Positions 1 through 10,442 of a DNA stretch of 64,000 nt are shown here, piece by piece. Under the pieces are notes generated by a model that saw only the letters and a program-made list of their open reading frames with translations, had not been told where the DNA came from and ran no database searches. The stretch spans positions 32,001-96,000 of the IMG/VR virus record IMGVR_UViG_3300009509_000004. One strand, given 5' to 3'. This DNA comes from a virus. Position 1 is the stretch's first letter, and the number at the start of each line of letters is the position of its first letter. Position numbers and translations under genes: made by a program.

Positions 1-2017
1 GGCCTGTTGACCACGCGCCCGTTGGCGTGGCAGCGACAGTCGTGATGTCGTGCTCGATGTATGCGCTGTGAAGCCTGTCTGACGCATCCAGCGTCCTGTC
101 CTTCCAATTGTCCACCATCAACGTTGAGTCAGTCCCATAGGTTGAGTGGAACGTGCCATCAGACCCAAAACGCGCCAATTGCGATACATGAAGCTCTGCC
201 CACCTTTGGGTTGGGCTTCCAAGATCCTGCACGTTGTCAAATTGCGGCAGGAAGTCGCCTGTGAAGTTGAGGTTGTACACATAGACGTTTGCCCAACGTC
301 TGCTGTTTGACCCGATGTCATATGTGTTGTCTGCCGTAGGCACGATGTCACTGCTGACACCATATCCGGCAACGTTGGACAACTCCAGCGTCCTTGTGAA
401 CACCTTGTTGATGCGATATGCTGCGCTGCCGATGTTCCTGGTGACATCGCTGTCTGGGATCATGTTCGACCCCAGCCCCTCGCCTGGGGAAACACCCAAG
501 CTGATTTCATCAATGTAGGCTGTGCGATTGACCCAAAGATCGCGCCACTCAAACCCACTTGCGCCCAAATCCCAAGTGTTGTTGGCCCTGGGTGTGAGGT
601 GGGAATTTGTGGTCATGCGCGTGTTGGTTCTGTCTGACGCAAGCCAATATCGGTTTGTGCTGAAATCCCCTGCTGCCGCAAGGTTTTCTTCCAAGCGCCA
701 ATCGCCCGTGTCATTGATGGTGCGCCAGCGCCCGCCCGCCGTGTAGGCAACGCCTGTCTCGGTCATGCGTATTTCAGGCGCACCCCATTCCAGATCAACT
801 CTGTTCTCAAACAGCGACTCGCCGTTGACAGCAAGCCTATGGCTGCCTGAATGTGTTCTGTTGATGCCAATGCGCCCTGTGACGCCATCGATGTACAGGA
901 AGTTGGCCGTGCCAGCGTTGTCGGTTTGCCGCCACGTCCCTTTGATCAGGTGGCTGTCCGTGCCTACATCATCGCCAGCCGTCAGGTTGTCCGTGATGGT
1001 CTCACTCGCGTTGACCTGGACATAATCCTGTTGCGTTGTGGTGCCCAGAACTTCCAGGTCACCGCCAATGTATGTGTCGCCATCCTCATCGATCCAGAAT
1101 TTGATGTTGCCGCCCGTATCACGGACAATGATCTGCTTCTCTTCATCCTCGCCGATGATGGGCTTGACATCGATCTTCAACCTGCCGTTGCTGGCCACTC
1201 TCGTGATGTGGTTGAGCTTGGACAATGATGCGGTGACGATCTCTTGGTCATAGTGATCGAAGCTCGATGGCGGGTTGCCCGCGCCTGCTCCGGTGATGAT
1301 GCCCAGGAAACAATGCTCAGGTGACAGGCGCAAGTCGGTGTTGCGCTTGACCGATGGGCCAAGCAACATGACTGTGTAGTCACTCGCTGTGGTGGACACG
1401 GTTTCTTGCCCAAATTGGGCTGCAGTCTCAATTCGGTTTTGGCCTCCAGACCAGACCACTGTGCAGACTTCAATGGCAACGCCCTCGGTGGTTGCATTCT
1501 TGCCTGCTGTGTTCTTGTACACCAAGACCTTGCGCCCTGCATTGCTGACGCCTGCCTCGGTGACGCTGTCAACGACAAATCTCAGCGTGGCACCAAGATC
1601 GGTGACGCTGTCTGGCTCGCCCTTTTCGCCAATTTCCTCTTGCCACGTCTTGTATTCTGGCCATCCGGTGCGCGGGTTGATGGCGATGCCAACAGGCCTC
1701 ACATTGTGCTTGAGCGCAACGTAATATGGGACGCTGACCACGTTCTCAAATTGCAACCCACTGTTTTCAGCCGCGTTGTCGATGTCCATGATGTGGCCAT
1801 CGCCGTCTGATGACAACGATGTGCCTGTGATCTGGAACTTGTCAGCCCCGTCAGCCGCCAATGTCAGCTGGGTGCCGTGGACGCATCCCACATCCCACAC
1901 ACGCTCAGACTGCTCGCGCACGGATTCACGGATGTAATCCAAGAGCGTGTCTTTGAAATCTTGATACCCAAGCAGCTTCTTGGGTGTGATGCTGGTGTAT
2001 TCAGCGCCTGTTGACAT
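1..2017 (-). CDS. Tail fibre / receptor-binding protein, 3' end cut by the window edge
   Basis: Absent from the ORF track. Translated by hand from the ATG at 2017 (MSTGAEYTSITPKK...) and open to the window start. Follows the baseplate genes and has four P-x-x-[DN]-x-x-x-[DN]-[LI]-G-type repeats typical of fibres. Confidence 0.8.
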   Translation of the reverse strand, partial: MSTGAEYTSITPKKLLGYQDFKDTLLDYIRESVREQSERVWDVGCVHGTQLTLAADGADKFQITGTSLSSDGDGHIMDIDNAAENSGLQFENVVSVPYYVALKHNVRPVGIAINPRTGWPEYKTWQEEIGEKGEPDSVTDLGATLRFVVDSVTEAGVSNAGRKVLVYKNTAGKNATTEGVAIEVCTVVWSGGQNRIETAAQFGQETVSTTASDYTVMLLGPSVKRNTDLRLSPEHCFLGIITGAGAGNPPSSFDHYDQEIVTASLSKLNHITRVASNGRLKIDVKPIIGEDEEKQIIVRDTGGNIKFWIDEDGDTYIGGDLEVLGTTTQQDYVQVNASETITDNLTAGDDVGTDSHLIKGTWRQTDNAGTANFLYIDGVTGRIGINRTHSGSHRLAVNGESLFENRVDLEWGAPEIRMTETGVAYTAGGRWRTINDTGDWRLEENLAAAGDFSTNRYWLASDRTNTRMTTNSHLTPRANNTWDLGASGFEWRDLWVNRTAYIDEISLGVSPGEGLGSNMIPDSDVTRNIGSAAYRINKVFTRTLELSNVAGYGVSSDIVPTADNTYDIGSNSRRWANVYVYNLNFTGDFLPQFDNVQDLGSPTQRWAELHVSQLARFGSDGTFHSTYGTDSTLMVDNWKDRTLDASDRLHSAYIEHDITTVAATPTGAWSTG

Positions 2018-2032
2018 GGTTCACTCTCCCAT

Positions 2033-3283
2033 CTACGAATTGATGTCCACCAGCTCCGTGTCCAAAGGTAGCTGAAACATCTCAATTTCGTCTAGTTTTG
2101 CTGTGCTCCCAGCGGCATGGTACAAACCGATATTGCCTTGGCTGAGGTCAGGATCTGTTGTATTTATGATCTCATCGCCATCGAAAAACACCTTGATTCT
2201 GTTGGTCGCCCCTTCTGTGACGATCTCGACCCTGATGCCGTACCAAATCTCATCAAGGATTGGCCCTGCCGGTGACGGTGGCGTCCAACTTGCAATCGTG
2301 GATGTCGTGCCCCCGACCTTTTTGCCCAACTCGATGGCATTGATGTCAGGCCTGATGCTGGCAAAATAGTAGTTGCTGGCATCCTGCACATAGAACAAGC
2401 ACCCGCAATCAGTGCCGCTCAATTTGATGCGCCAGTAGGTGACGCAATCATGCCACTGGAATGCGTCTGTTCTTGACGTGATGACCGACTCGATCTGTGA
2501 TGTGTCCAGGAGTTGCCCCTGGCCCTCTGCCACTGTCAGATATTCTGACCCCTGAAGCGTTTGCCACTGGGACAAGTCATCATCGACCAAGAACTGATCC
2601 AAAAAGTCGATGTATGCGACCTCGACACGCTCACCGACTGGTCTCATGAATTGGACCAAATTGGCCACAAGCTCTCTGTTCAGCGAGCCATCATCCACAA
2701 TCCTCAGCGTGCTGTAATACTCCGTGAGCGTGGGTGGGCCAGGCAGCTCGATGATCCACGGATCTCTCCCCTCGTGCTGCTCTCCCAGATTGGTCTCATC
2801 AAGCACCCACCTGTAGTCAAACCAATTCCAGATGCGGCATCGTGTGCCGGTGGCGAGTCTCAGAACGTCCAAAAGCGCCTGTTCACGCCCTCGTTTCTTC
2901 CACAGCGGTATTGACGCCGCAATCAACCGCCTGAGCGCATCATTGCTGAGCGCCTCTGTGATGTAGTTGAGGTCATTGGTCCAACCAACGATGTTCTTGA
3001 GGTATTTCAAGAACTCATCAGGGCACTCTGTGATTGACCACAACTTCTTGATGTTGAAGATTGACTCCTGCGTCTGTAGCCAGATCGCCTGTGGCCCTTG
3101 CAGATAGCGCTTGACAAAGAACGCCCCTTCACGCTTGGCATCTTCTTGGCGTATCGGCTCCAGCAGGAATCTGTACATGTCCAGCGGCAACACCTCTTCA
3201 GGTGCCGGTGGCTCGATGTACCCGATCATCTGGCCTGCTGCGCCAGTTGCTATCGGGTTGCCTGCAAGATCCTGTATCGCCAT
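2033..3283 (-). CDS. Baseplate wedge / tail protein I-like (P2 gpI-like N-terminus) with a C-terminal beta-sandwich (lectin-like) domain
   Basis: CPDEFLKYL...VGW...RRLI...WKKRGRE pattern of gpI-like proteins; lies after baseplate J; beta-rich C-terminus ending GNIGLY...LDEIE. Confidence 0.7.
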   Translation of the reverse strand: MAIQDLAGNPIATGAAGQMIGYIEPPAPEEVLPLDMYRFLLEPIRQEDAKREGAFFVKRYLQGPQAIWLQTQESIFNIKKLWSITECPDEFLKYLKNIVGWTNDLNYITEALSNDALRRLIAASIPLWKKRGREQALLDVLRLATGTRCRIWNWFDYRWVLDETNLGEQHEGRDPWIIELPGPPTLTEYYSTLRIVDDGSLNRELVANLVQFMRPVGERVEVAYIDFLDQFLVDDDLSQWQTLQGSEYLTVAEGQGQLLDTSQIESVITSRTDAFQWHDCVTYWRIKLSGTDCGCLFYVQDASNYYFASIRPDINAIELGKKVGGTTSTIASWTPPSPAGPILDEIWYGIRVEIVTEGATNRIKVFFDGDEIINTTDPDLSQGNIGLYHAAGSTAKLDEIEMFQLPLDTELVDINS

Positions 3284-3291
3284 GTCTCCAC

Positions 3292-4026
3292 CTATGGATT
3301 GAGCGTGAGCGTGTACAGCGTCCCTGGAACCTGATTTGATGTCACCAACTTGACCGTTTGCCCATCAAACTCCAACACGTCAATCACGCTCAGACCGTTG
3401 TCAAAGCTGTATTTGCTTGGATTGCGGATGTCTGCGTTGTCCTTCATGGTCTCGCTGTACACCACGTCAATCCTGTTTTCACTCACCGCAACGACCTGAC
3501 TGACTGTCGGGGCAATCCCGATGCCTGTGTAGTCGTCATAGTTGTAGCCTGGGTCCATTGGCACACCCTCTGGATCAACAGGCCCATCTGGGTTCACCTC
3601 GCCCCTGTAAGTGGCCGCGTCAGTCATCTCTGAGATGATGAGGTCCACAAACTCTGGGTGAAGCCTGTTTTCTGGCTCCACTGAATCAACAAAGATTGTG
3701 GCAGCCCCTGGCGTTTGTGGCGTCACCTGGTAGTTGTACCTGCTCAATAGCGCCGCATCCTTTTTCATCGGTCGGTCAAATGTGATGCGGATGCGCGTTG
3801 CCGTGATCGCCTCGACCAATGCGATCTTCACCAGCTGTACAACTTGCCCCAGCCCTGTCATCAATGAAGAGCATAGGCCAGGGGTGCCAAACAGGTTGTT
3901 GCCACGGGCCAGCGCTGTCAGCTCTGCCGCTGAACGTGCGCCTGGGCTGATGATGAGCGCCCCTTTGCCTTGAGGCGTGAGTTGCCCAGACGATATGCCG
4001 CCTACACTGATGAGCGCCATGATCAA
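3292..4026 (-). CDS. Virion protein with tandem Ig-like domains
   Basis: Two repeats of (I/V)xA(I/V)xxxRIx(I/V)x(F/Y)xxxMKxxA...(N/K)Y; lies in the baseplate module. Confidence 0.55.
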   Translation of the reverse strand: MIMALISVGGISSGQLTPQGKGALIISPGARSAAELTALARGNNLFGTPGLCSSLMTGLGQVVQLVKIALVEAITATRIRITFDRPMKKDAALLSRYNYQVTPQTPGAATIFVDSVEPENRLHPEFVDLIISEMTDAATYRGEVNPDGPVDPEGVPMDPGYNYDDYTGIGIAPTVSQVVAVSENRIDVVYSETMKDNADIRNPSKYSFDNGLSVIDVLEFDGQTVKLVTSNQVPGTLYTLTLNP

Positions 4027-4436
4027 TCCAGACTGATTCTCAGCTTTCCAGCCAAGAACCTGAATGTGTCTCCATCATTCACTTGTCGCGGGGTTGGCGT
4101 GCCCGCCCCGTCATCGATCTCGCCATACAACTTCATCACACCTGAATCGTACATGGCCCAGTGGCTGATCAGCCCCCAGTTGCCGCCAGACGCCTGCGGA
4201 AATGTGATGTTGTTGAGGTTGGACTTCACGCCCCCAGATGCCGCGCCCCACTCGCCCCCGTCGTTGTTGACGGTGACTCGTGCATAGCCTGCGCCAGATG
4301 GTTCTGTGATGCCCGTCCCATCCTCGCCTGGGTTGGTCGTGGACAAAGCGATGTCCACAGACGCCCCCAGCATGGTTGCGCTGACACCCAACAGGGCATC
4401 AAGTATTGCGTTCTCAAGATTGTTTGCAAATGACAT
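4023..4436 (-). CDS. Tail/baseplate-associated structural protein
   Basis: MSFANNLENAILD...EPSGAGYARV...NITFPQASGGNWGLISHWA resembles a widespread phage tail protein family. Start moved to MSFAN, which has a GGAGG RBS. Confidence 0.65.
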   Translation of the reverse strand: MSFANNLENAILDALLGVSATMLGASVDIALSTTNPGEDGTGITEPSGAGYARVTVNNDGGEWGAASGGVKSNLNNITFPQASGGNWGLISHWAMYDSGVMKLYGEIDDGAGTPTPRQVNDGDTFRFLAGKLRISLD

Positions 4437-4446
4437 GACCGACCTC

Positions 4447-6606
4447 CTATGGCTCAATAACTGTGATGCTGACCGTCCCCAACATGGGCAACTCCCTCGG
4501 CAACAAAGGCACATCTGCTGCTGGGCTGTTCAGCACAACTTTTGTGATTGTTTCTGATGTCTCAAATATCTCGTGCATGATGCGTGAGCGCGGCACCTCG
4601 CCGCCAAATTCCCATTCCCACGTCACGCCATCTTCCTTCAGCGCCTCTGGTTGGACCACCCTCTGAAGCCTGTTGATGACCGCCTCGACCTCGACAATGC
4701 CTGTCACAACAGCGTCGATGTCGATGATCTTGGGCGTGTAGTTGAGCGCTGTGACTTCCTGATTGGCAATCAGGTGCTTGTCAATCGGTGGGTGGGCATA
4801 CGGGTTGCCATTGAAGTATTCTTCAAGGGCAGCAATCTGCTCTGCGCTTGCGATGCCCGCGCCTTTGGCAACCACAACCAACTCGATGGTCTTTGGCCCA
4901 AACCCCTCTTCAAACGCCCTCGCCCTGCTGTATGGGATCGCCCCGTCCTCATCAACAAATGCGACAGCCAAATTTTCAACGTCATTTGGGCTGACTGCAA
5001 CGTCCTTGATTCTGAGGCTTGCTGGCCCCTCGATCTTGGCCTTCTCCAAGCTCTCTTCAGACGCACCCTGGGCCTCTGCCCAGCCTGTCGCCTGTCTTGG
5101 ATTCCAAACCTTGTTGATGAACGTCAGCCCAGTCTTGTCGATGGTGATCGTGTTTGCGCCCACATTGCCATCGTTGGCCGCCCCGTGGCGATAGCTGATG
5201 GCGACATTGCCCACGCCCAATGGCGGGATGCGCCCTGTCACGCCGTCGCCAAACACGACTGTAGCCCTGTCGTTTGCCCCCAGCTCGATTGTGTAGTGCT
5301 TGTCTCCAGGCAAGCTGGACAGGAAGTTGTCAACCCGCGTCCATGGTTCGCCGTCAACTGTGACCTCATCTGTGTCGTTGATGAAGTAGTCTTGTGTGGT
5401 CTGGAAGCGTTGGTTGGCCAGCCCAGTCGATGAACCCAGCGGATCGTCCGTGCGACTCCTGCCTTGCGTCGCAAGCCTGATGACATACTGCTTGCCCTCA
5501 TCCATCCTGCAATTGATGAACGTGGGAGCTGTGGGCGTGGACACAGACACAATCCTGTATCTGAGCCAAAAAGCCTCATACCCGTTGACAGCGTTTTGCT
5601 TCCAATATTGCGTCTGCGTCTGTGGAAGTGGGTATGCCACCTTGCCGTTTTGTGTGAAGTTGGTAGGCTCATCCTCTGCATCTTCCAGGATGGACCAGTT
5701 GGATCCGATGCTGTAGTCAGCCTGATCCACAGATGGCGCAGTCTGACCAAGCAGCCCCGTCGTTGCGATGTTCTTTGAACCATCCCAGACGCTGAGCACG
5801 TTCTGATATGCGGTTGTCTCGTTGAGTTGGACACGCACCTCAGTGCCTTGCCTGTTCTGCGCTCCCAAAAGGCTGGTCAGGTCAAACTCCAGCTGGCCCC
5901 CGCCGATGTCTGTGACGGTGCTTGGTGCCGTCTTGCGCCACTCGCCGTCATAGAACTCAAACACCCCAACGATGTTTGACGCTGGGGATGACAGCGCCGC
6001 TGACAGTTTGTTCCACATGACCTGTTTGTGGCCCCAGTAGATGCAGTCACCAACGGCAGGGGTTGCCCATGGCGTCCAATCATCTGCTGGCGTGGTTGGG
6101 CTGTTTGCCTTTGTTGTGAAGTCGGTGAAAGCGCCATCCTCGCAGCCATACACATAACTGAATTGGTCAGTCCTGTCGATGGTCAGCGCCTCAAGCGCCT
6201 CAAAGTACACAATGGGGTTGCTGCCTTCTTTCTTGATCGCCGATTGCGCCGCCGCGCTGATGATCGTGTATGGTGCGACAAAGACCTTGCTCAGCTCATA
6301 TACCAGATCTGCCTGTGCCGGTGACGCTGGTCTCATCTCATAGTCGATGAGCCGCAGCATGTTTCTTACAGTCTCTGCGAGTTTGGCGGTGGGCAAGGTA
6401 GACTCGTTGGCAACCAAGTCGATGAGCGTGTTGTTGACGTGTCCAACCAAAGCAAACGCCCTGAGCAGCTGGATGAATGGCTCATATGGCAGCTCTTCAG
6501 TCAACTCCGGCACATTGCGCCGCTTGTATTGGATCAGCGCCTCCAGCAACTCTGGATAGTAGAATGCGCTGAAGTCAAAATCAGGTATGGTCACCCTGGT
6601 TGCCAT
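4447..6606 (-). CDS. Baseplate J-like wedge protein
   Basis: LGSSTGLANQRF, VFGDGVTGRIPP and ESLEKAKIEGP...AVSPND motifs typical of long gpJ/gp47-like proteins; follows a gp25-like gene. Confidence 0.85.
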   Translation of the reverse strand: MATRVTIPDFDFSAFYYPELLEALIQYKRRNVPELTEELPYEPFIQLLRAFALVGHVNNTLIDLVANESTLPTAKLAETVRNMLRLIDYEMRPASPAQADLVYELSKVFVAPYTIISAAAQSAIKKEGSNPIVYFEALEALTIDRTDQFSYVYGCEDGAFTDFTTKANSPTTPADDWTPWATPAVGDCIYWGHKQVMWNKLSAALSSPASNIVGVFEFYDGEWRKTAPSTVTDIGGGQLEFDLTSLLGAQNRQGTEVRVQLNETTAYQNVLSVWDGSKNIATTGLLGQTAPSVDQADYSIGSNWSILEDAEDEPTNFTQNGKVAYPLPQTQTQYWKQNAVNGYEAFWLRYRIVSVSTPTAPTFINCRMDEGKQYVIRLATQGRSRTDDPLGSSTGLANQRFQTTQDYFINDTDEVTVDGEPWTRVDNFLSSLPGDKHYTIELGANDRATVVFGDGVTGRIPPLGVGNVAISYRHGAANDGNVGANTITIDKTGLTFINKVWNPRQATGWAEAQGASEESLEKAKIEGPASLRIKDVAVSPNDVENLAVAFVDEDGAIPYSRARAFEEGFGPKTIELVVVAKGAGIASAEQIAALEEYFNGNPYAHPPIDKHLIANQEVTALNYTPKIIDIDAVVTGIVEVEAVINRLQRVVQPEALKEDGVTWEWEFGGEVPRSRIMHEIFETSETITKVVLNSPAADVPLLPRELPMLGTVSITVIEP

Positions 6607-6616
6607 GTATCACCTC

Positions 6617-6997
6617 TCAATCGCTGCTCGTGAATGCTCGCCTGAACAGCACGTCTTCATCACTCTCCAAGTTGACATATTTGAATTCAAGCGTCAGCTC
6701 CTGCTTGTCTGCATCTTCTGTCCACTTGAGCGTTTCCTTCTTCAACTTGAAGCGCTTTTGAACTCTGAATTCATCAAAAATCCTGTACACACGTCGCAGT
6801 ATTCTAGCCCTGAGCGTGGGATCGTTCAAATCGAACACCATACCAACGTCCAAACTGATGTCCTGCTGAAATGCATTTTCGCTGTCGTCGCTGCCAAGTG
6901 ACACCTTGATGATCTTGGCGTCGTTGTCGTCGCCTTCAACAAGTGCAGCCCCGCCGTTTGGCCCCACTCCAACTGGTATTTTGAGCCCTTTTGGCAT
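6617..6997 (-). CDS. gp25/GpW-like baseplate wedge (sheath initiator)
   Basis: 126 aa, between the spike and gpJ; GLKIPV start and C-terminal beta strands. Confidence 0.7.
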   Translation of the reverse strand: MPKGLKIPVGVGPNGGAALVEGDDNDAKIIKVSLGSDDSENAFQQDISLDVGMVFDLNDPTLRARILRRVYRIFDEFRVQKRFKLKKETLKWTEDADKQELTLEFKYVNLESDEDVLFRRAFTSSD

Positions 6998-7005
6998 GTG
7001 TCACC

Positions 7006-7494
7006 TCACAATATCGGCTGTGGCCCGATGCCAGCCGGTGGCGGTGGGAAGTTGGCGATGCCTCCCAAATGCGTCGTGTGTATCGCCGCTGCTACAGCTT
7101 GTGCTGATGCAGCAAGATCCAATTGCCCCGCCGTGTTTGCTGCGAATACAGGTGCCAGCGCCGCCGCAATACCTCCAATGCCTGGAGGTGGTACAGCCGC
7201 CACTGCCGGTGGCCAAATTGAAGCAGCCGCGCCTGCCACGACTCCCCAAGCAGCTCCGATGCCGCCTGAGATCGCCCCTGCCGCCGCTCCATCTGCTGAC
7301 ATCCCTGTCATCGCTCCTTTCATGCTGCTGACTGCTCCAGCAAACGACCCTGGCGTGGCTGGTACTGGGCCTGCAACCGACCCTTCCATGTACTTTTCCC
7401 ACGCAGCTGCAAATGCGTTGATGGCATCGATCTCCTTGTCTGTCGGTTCCATCTTCTCAAGCTCTGCAGCGAGCGTTGCTGGTAACAATGGCAT
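7006..7494 (-). CDS. Ala/Gly/Pro-rich baseplate or spike-associated protein
   Basis: Lies between the spike and the gp25-like gene; has an RBS. Confidence 0.5.
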   Translation of the reverse strand: MPLLPATLAAELEKMEPTDKEIDAINAFAAAWEKYMEGSVAGPVPATPGSFAGAVSSMKGAMTGMSADGAAAGAISGGIGAAWGVVAGAAASIWPPAVAAVPPPGIGGIAAALAPVFAANTAGQLDLAASAQAVAAAIHTTHLGGIANFPPPPAGIGPQPIL

Positions 7495-7505
7495 CCTTGT
7501 ATCTC

Positions 7506-8510
7506 CTATCCGTCAGGGAACACCAACTTGCTTGAAGTGATGTTGCTTTCGTATGGGTCCAACGGTTTTGTCGGTGGCCCGCTTGGCCCCATGCCTGTCG
7601 GGTGTATGTGCGTATCAAACGCGATCTTCACCTTGTTGTCAATGTACTCTTGGAGGTGTTCTGCGATTGCTGCGCTGACTGCGCCATCTCCAAGGGTTGT
7701 TGTTGCGTCTGCGTCTTTGCCGGCAACGTCCACACCAGCCCCGCCGCCTGTGTTCGCGGTAAATTGCCCATCATTGAGCTTGACGTTGTGGTCTCCATTC
7801 GCAAGGTTCACCTCCAGGCTTGGTGCCGACCCATCCATCACAACGGTGTGCTCGCCTTCTGCCAGGCTGACCTCGATCTTGGGTGTTTCAGCGTCCAACT
7901 CGATCTTGTGCTTCTGCTCATCCACCTCGATGAGCAACTTGTTGCCCTCGGTTTGAAAGTGGATTGTGTGCTTGTTGAGCAATGTGATCTTGAGACTGCC
8001 GTCAGGCTCGATCTCAAGTCTGCTGTACTTTTCTGGCTCTGGTGTCGCCCCGACCTCCAGCTGCTCTTTCATCCACGTGAGCCACATCGTGGGAGCATCT
8101 GGGGTGTCATCCATCATGAAGATGTGACCAAATGGCGTGGCAAATCCTCGCCGTTTGCCATACACCTCCAGGAAGTCTGGGTGGATTGGCCTCGCCTCTG
8201 TGTTCTCGCCCTCTGGTTCATCCACCGTGTAGTAGCGCTTGCCCCTCCAGTGGATGTCCATGTTGTCAATCGACATCTGGCCCTGCACTTCATCCTCGTC
8301 AGAGCCAACTATGACTTCCACCTCGACAGTCTCACCGACATCAGGCACATAGAACCAGCCCCAATCATGCAGCGGTTCAACCCACATCGGCAGCTCTGTC
8401 TCTTCATCGCCCAACAGCTGTGCGCATGCTACCTTGATGCGCCCTCTGTTCTCATCATCCTCGTTTGAGGTGACGGTTGCTGAATATCTTTCAGTGATCA
8501 CGCCCATCAC
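7506..8510 (-). CDS. Baseplate central spike (gpV/gp5 OB-fold)
   Basis: N-terminal ATVTSNEDDENRGRIKV...GWFYVPDVGETV OB-fold signature; C-terminal HxH metal-binding tip (THIHPTGMGPSGPP). Confidence 0.85.
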   Translation of the reverse strand: MMGVITERYSATVTSNEDDENRGRIKVACAQLLGDEETELPMWVEPLHDWGWFYVPDVGETVEVEVIVGSDEDEVQGQMSIDNMDIHWRGKRYYTVDEPEGENTEARPIHPDFLEVYGKRRGFATPFGHIFMMDDTPDAPTMWLTWMKEQLEVGATPEPEKYSRLEIEPDGSLKITLLNKHTIHFQTEGNKLLIEVDEQKHKIELDAETPKIEVSLAEGEHTVVMDGSAPSLEVNLANGDHNVKLNDGQFTANTGGGAGVDVAGKDADATTTLGDGAVSAAIAEHLQEYIDNKVKIAFDTHIHPTGMGPSGPPTKPLDPYESNITSSKLVFPDG

Positions 8511-9667
8511 GGCACCACCTTTCTGGCGGCAAAGTCAATCACATAGCCCTCTGTCTTGGAGCACATGTGCTTGACTTTTGTGAAGTAGTAATCACCATTG
8601 TATGTGTTGCCCACGCCATCCAGCGAGTGCGTCTGCCTCGCTCTCAGGTTTCCGACACCGATCAAGCGCCCCCTGCTGAGGATGAAATTCTCACGCATGC
8701 GCCTGAACCACTGCTTGGCCCACTCTTCAACTTCCTTCTGTGTCTTGAATCGCCTGTTGGTGTTCACATTGAAGCTGAAGTCGTTGAAGAACAATTTGAC
8801 ATCGCTGGCAGTGGTCAACTCATCGGTGACCTCGCCAGTTGGGTTTCCTGCCGCCTGGATGTCTGGTGACTTGTTGCTTTCCTCCTTGACTTCTGCCTTG
8901 AGCACCTTGCCTGTGCGGTTGTCCTTGACCACAACCTCCATGTCGGTGATTGCGCCTTTGATCAAGAACTCAGGCTGGAAAGACAGCAACGTGCTGTTAT
9001 CTCCCTCGTTGTATTTGAATGTGTATTTCTTGTCTTGGAGCGATGCCAATGACTCAGGCTTCTTGAAGTACAGCACCCACGTGCCATCCTCAAGCCCCTC
9101 GACCCAGAACACATATCCATTCAGGTTGGCCAACCCCTGCACAAACTCATAGTCAGACACGCCTGGCCGTTGGATGAAATTGTGCGGCTGATCTGCTGTG
9201 TCGTCAATCTCAGGCCCCAGGTCATAGTCATTCGCCCTGTCGGCAACCGCCTCAGCAAATGTGGCATCCTTGAACACGCGCCCGCCCTTGCCGCCTTCCT
9301 TCTTGGGCTTCTTGGGTTCATTGTCCATCATCTTGCTGTCCTTGGTGTAGCCAACGACCTGTATGGTGGGCATCCCGCTTTGCGGGAAGTTGGGCACCTG
9401 CTTTGCGATGATGACTCGCCCAACATATTCAAGCTCTGACCCGTATCCCATCCAGATCGCCATCTCGTTTCCTGGCTGAAACACCTTGGCATTGCTGAGC
9501 AGGAAGTCTGGGTTGACAGCCCTGATTCTGGCAACATCTGCCATCCCATCAGCGCTCTCATACTCCACAGATTCACAGAACTGCATGACACCATATTCCA
9601 ATTCCTTGCCCTCGACCTCGACAGCAAAGGTGGGTGCCAAATAGTCTGTGCCTCCAAACAATCCCAT
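8507..9667 (-). CDS. Baseplate hub (late control D / GPD-like)
   Basis: Q..VSDYEFVQGLA...GYVFWV and C-terminal GVGNTYNGDYYFTKVKH motifs; gene order fits. Confidence 0.85.
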   Translation of the reverse strand: MGLFGGTDYLAPTFAVEVEGKELEYGVMQFCESVEYESADGMADVARIRAVNPDFLLSNAKVFQPGNEMAIWMGYGSELEYVGRVIIAKQVPNFPQSGMPTIQVVGYTKDSKMMDNEPKKPKKEGGKGGRVFKDATFAEAVADRANDYDLGPEIDDTADQPHNFIQRPGVSDYEFVQGLANLNGYVFWVEGLEDGTWVLYFKKPESLASLQDKKYTFKYNEGDNSTLLSFQPEFLIKGAITDMEVVVKDNRTGKVLKAEVKEESNKSPDIQAAGNPTGEVTDELTTASDVKLFFNDFSFNVNTNRRFKTQKEVEEWAKQWFRRMRENFILSRGRLIGVGNLRARQTHSLDGVGNTYNGDYYFTKVKHMCSKTEGYVIDFAARKVVP

Positions 9668-9674
9668 GTTCCCC

Positions 9675-10442
9675 TCAATCAGCGATGATCACATGGCTGA
9701 CATACGTCCTGTTGCGTCGCTCAAACATCTCCCTGCGCAAATCTCTCTGCGGGGTTTGCTTCTTGCCATATGCCGTCTGCAATGCAACGCTCTTGGTTTC
9801 AACTTTGTCCTTGCGGATCGCCTCGATGCTGGGCAGCTTGATGACGTCACCCGTCTGAACGTTGGGCTTTGTCGGGTGCCGCTTTCTGATGACATCCCCC
9901 AGCATGGGGTTGCCATATTCCTTCTGCGTCAACATCTCATAGTAGTCACGCACCGCTGCCCTGTGGTAGCGTGTCTCACCCGCCGCCTTTGACTCCAAAT
10001 CAAATGCTGTGTACTTCCTGAGCGTGATGGATGCTTGAACGCTGCGGATGTTGCCAAACCACGTGGGCCTGCCAAACTTCGGTGACAGCGACTCGATGAC
10101 ACAGTCCATCATCTCCCACCCAGTGCCGACCCAGAAGGTCAGAACGGGTGGACGGTTGCCATATATCTCATCTGGTTTTGCCCACGATTCCAGCAAATAG
10201 TAATCCTCTTCAGCGTTGCTGAACACTGAATCCCTGTCATACAGCACGATGTCGAATGACACCGTGTCAGCACTCTGATTCAAGAACTGCAGGATCTCAT
10301 TGGCCCTGTTCAGCGCTGTGTGTCCAACCCAATTGGGCTTCACATTCTTGGACATATTCACAGGCTCAAATTGGCCCTGCATGATCTGGAATGTGGTCTG
10401 ATTCTGCAGGAACCATGACCTGAAGTTGGGGAACAAACCCAT
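9675..10442 (-). CDS. Tail tube initiator (gpU-like) with a C-terminal LysM-like domain
   Basis: PPVLTFWVG...CVIESLS...ASITLRKY followed by a LysM-like segment ending GDVIKLP; directly after the tape measure. Confidence 0.75.
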   Translation of the reverse strand: MGLFPNFRSWFLQNQTTFQIMQGQFEPVNMSKNVKPNWVGHTALNRANEILQFLNQSADTVSFDIVLYDRDSVFSNAEEDYYLLESWAKPDEIYGNRPPVLTFWVGTGWEMMDCVIESLSPKFGRPTWFGNIRSVQASITLRKYTAFDLESKAAGETRYHRAAVRDYYEMLTQKEYGNPMLGDVIRKRHPTKPNVQTGDVIKLPSIEAIRKDKVETKSVALQTAYGKKQTPQRDLRREMFERRNRTYVSHVIIAD

